A stretch of DNA of 64,000 nt from Eledone cirrhosa. Lineage: Eukaryota. The notes below the pieces were generated by a model. That model ran no database searches. It was not told the origin of the DNA and worked only from the letters and a program-made list of their open reading frames with translations. The stretch covers positions 274,226,001-274,290,000 of the forward strand of contig OZ024741.1 of NCBI GenBank assembly GCA_964016885.1, written 5' to 3'. Position 1 is the first letter of the stretch; every line of letters starts with the position of its first letter. Position numbers and translations under genes: made by a program. Shown one piece after another: positions 60,778-64,000 of the stretch.

Positions 60778-62250
60778 ATTTGGCAGTAAAACGTGGAAGA
60801 GCTGTGCCCTGCTCTAGAAATCTAGAGATGAACGGCCTGACAATACAACCTCTACAGTCAGGTGACAACTACAGATATCTTGGACAGGATGAGAATGTCA
60901 GATATGATGGACCCATAAATAAGGAGAGAACCAGAACTGAATACCTCAGAAGAGTAAAGAAAATATGGTCATCAGAACTGTCAGCGTACAACAAATACAT
61001 TGCCCACAATACTTATGCTGTGCCAATTCTAACGCCAACATTTGGCCTGCTGAACTGGTCATTGCAAGAACTAAGTGAGATGGATGTTATAACTCGCAAA
61101 CTTCTCAGTGTTACTGGGAACTTTAACATCAATGGTGATGTGGATAGGCTATACTTCTCACGCAAGGAAGGTGGCCGGGGTCTAAAATCCATATTAACAT
61201 CATATGAGACCCGGATAGTAACACTGAAACAACATCTTCAACAGAGGAAAAAGGTTGGCAACCATCTTGCCCAGGTTTGAGCATGAAAAAAAAATATCAT
61301 TAAGATAGCCACTGATCTGGAGGAGAGATATGGAATAAAGCCTGATATAAATCTCTCACTCAGAGAAATCGGAAGATCCTATTCAATGTTCAAACAATGT
61401 GAAAAAATTGACCAATTTACAGAAAAAGTTGTGCATGGATACTTGAGACGTAAAACACAGACCATACAGGGGATAAACCACTCAAAAAGCCTGGCATGGA
61501 GTTCCGACAAGTTTATGACATCACACCTTGAGGGATATCTCTATGGAATACAGGAACAAGAACTCCCTACCAAATATCTGCTGCACAAAAGAGGAGGGCC
61601 AGCAGCTGACAATAAATGTAGGCTATGTAAAACAAAGATCGAGGATGTAAGCCACATTGTTGCCAGCTGCGAAAGAATGTCATCTCGCTACTACCTCCCC
61701 ATGAGACACGATGGGATAGCTAGAACCATCTGGAACGCACTTCGGAAAACAAAATTAACAACAAACGAGGAAGAATATATTGAGACAGATGGCACTAAGG
61801 AATACTGGTGGAACCTGAAAATAAAAACTGCTACCAAATTAAAGCACAACCGGCCTGATATTGTTGTTTGGGACCACACATTGAAAACGTGTTCTGTTGT
61901 GGAGATCAGCTGCCCACTTGATGTAAACGTTATCATAAAAATACAGGAGAAGGAGGACATCTACGGACCATTTATGAGGAGTTTACAAATCCAGTATCCA
62001 AGATACACCTTTAGCTTCATACCCATCATTATTGGAGCTACGGGTTATATACCAATCCGCTTGGACCAAAGTATGATTGAATTTGGATTTGCGGACAAAG
62101 AGCGCAGATCCCTAATTCATAGTCTACAAATGACACCTTCAAAATTTGCAAAACATTCTTGCGATTGACAATTTCTTTTCTTTTACAACCTTGCCACCAG
62201 GAAGGTGGCCGGTCAAAAAATATACTCGAAATTAAGATAAAGAGATAACA
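60778..62250 (+). mobile_element. R4/Dong-like non-LTR retrotransposon, 5'-truncated (RT thumb, CCHC finger, restriction-like endonuclease)
   Basis: YRYLG, LYFSRKEGGRGL, CRLC....EDVSHIVASC, RHD, NRPDIVV...VEISCP...KEDIY; frameshift near 61280; 3' UTR copy at 59880-59997. Confidence 0.85.
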
Positions 62251-62420
62251 TACATGCATACATACATACATTCATACATGCATACATACACACATACATA
62301 CATACACGCATACATGATGGCTGCCCCCTCGTTATCGAGTATGGCCATTGCACAAGAAAAAAAATAAATAAAGAAAAAAAAAATAAAATAAAAAAAATAA
62401 TAAAAAAATAATAATAATAA

Positions 62421-63265
62421 TCTATATATATAAAGCTGTGGTTGTCTGTCTGTCTATCGATTTTTGGCACACATCTCCTCTTAGAATCTCTGACGGAATT
62501 GCACCGAAATTGCTATACTTGTACATTGAGCCCTAGCGAAGACATCGGAAAAAAATATTTCAAATTGACCCACCCTATGTGACGAAATCGAATCTAATGT
62601 ATCGATTTTTGAGCGCAAGTGACGAGTTATTTCCCTTTGTTCTATATATATAAAGCTGTGGTTGTCTGTCTGTCTATCGATTTTTGGCACACATCTCCTC
62701 TTAGAATCTCTGACGGAATTGCACCGAAATTGCTATACTTGTACATTGAGCCCTAGTGAAGACATCGGAAAAAAATATTTAAAATTGACCCACCCTATGT
62801 GACGAAATCGAATCTAATGTATCGATTTTTGAGCGTAAGTGACGAGTTATTTCCCTTTGTTCTGTTTACATTGAGCGTCTTACGTTTTACGCTGGCTTTC
62901 TCAGCGTTTAAAATGACATTAACACAATACACGAACAGTTGTCGAGCCAGCAAAATGTTGACCTGCAAAATTCATCAGTTCGAACACTAAGCTTCCGTTT
63001 TGCTTCATTTCCATTTAAAAGCCTTTTAAAACAATATTTTTTCTTGAAAACAAGTCTATTTAAAGACTACGTAAAACAAGCAAATATTTCGTAAAAAAAA
63101 AGCAAAAATTATATAAGTTTATTTAAAATATATGTATCTGTAAATTTCGTTAGGCGTGCAGACAGACAGTCGTGCAGACAGACTTTAAGCCAAAAAAGAA
63201 ACTTAACATTGTAACTTTAACACAGCTACTGAGCGACCCCGAGCAACGCCGGGCTTTACTGCTAG
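62421..63265 (+). mobile_element. Non-autonomous Helitron with duplicated 220-bp 5' segment
   Basis: A|TCTATATATATAAAG start; subterminal hairpin CCCG.GC-AAC-GCCGGG then CTAG|T; 62421-62640 repeats at 62641-62860. Confidence 0.85.
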
Positions 63266-63295
63266 TAATAAATAAAAAAAAAAATAAAAAAAAAG

Positions 63296-63336
<41 letters not shown>

Positions 63337-63400
63337 CATACATATATACATACACACATACATACACATACACTCACACATATACACATACATTAATAAC

Positions 63401-63431
<31 letters not shown>

Positions 63432-63516
63432 GCAATAATAATAATAACGACAACAACAATAATAATATACATATTCATATATATATACACACATACGCAC
63501 GCACATAAGCATATCT

Positions 63517-63547
<31 letters not shown>

Positions 63548-63554
63548 ATAGCAA

Positions 63555-64000
63555 CTAACAGTGCTGCGATCGAATGTGGCTTTTTAGCCCAGCCAATGAT
63601 CTAAAATGTCCTGCACAGAGTCGGCAACCAAAACATTCACTGGGAATAGTCGGCTGTGGTTGGAGTTCGTGTACTTTTGTATGTCGCTTGAGCCCTCCTG
63701 CTGATTTACATTCTCTACCACATGTTTGGCAAGCATGATGAGTAGCATCTCCAACAGCAGCCTGGTAGTCAACCACTGGTCTTACTTTATGACTGCGAAG
63801 ATGACTTTCGAGTCCAGCTTTGCTTAGGCAGAGTCTCGCACAGACGCTGCATGTCAGCACCATAGGAGGACCCTCGCCGTCTGGAAGTGCAACAGCAATG
63901 CCCTTCCTCACGTCCCGCTTTACTTTCTCGTGTGCGATTCGAGATGCCTCAAAGGCAACTTTTCCCTCATATACAGTCTTTCTCCATTTATTACGATCAG
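63555..64000 (-). mobile_element. RTE-clade LINE ORF C-terminus with three C2H2 zinc fingers (runs off window)
   Basis: DRNKWRKTVYEG..FE..R....K.KR..RK then three C..C.......GL..H...H units. Confidence 0.8.

Overview
Eukaryotic, AT-rich window with no confidently identifiable host gene. The microsatellite load and tRNA-SINE types suggest a cephalopod (octopus-like) genome, which is an inference. Nearly all ORF-track entries are microsatellite artefacts. The real coding remnants are all from transposons: two copies of one Penelope-like element (PLE; RT with YRDD plus C-terminal GIY-YIG, 25.8-29.5 kb and 35.6-39.0 kb), a second PLE family (30.8-34.2 kb), two Tx1/L1-like 3' ends, R4/Dong-like RLE non-LTR pieces, RTE pieces and two Helitron derivatives. 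MITEs and many SINEs are also present. The main hidden signal is RNA-level. By eye I find about 30 complete or partial type I hammerhead ribozyme (HHR) motifs from more than a dozen unrelated sequence families. They sit mostly in short PLE pseudo-LTR-like pieces anchored in (TA)n tracts, often as inverted pairs with 3' ends facing outward. Four unrelated families carry the compensatory U3-A8 core (TTGAWAA), others have fixed position-4 variants, and some form direct-repeat, retrozyme-like units. All folds were read manually; none has been computed or tested.
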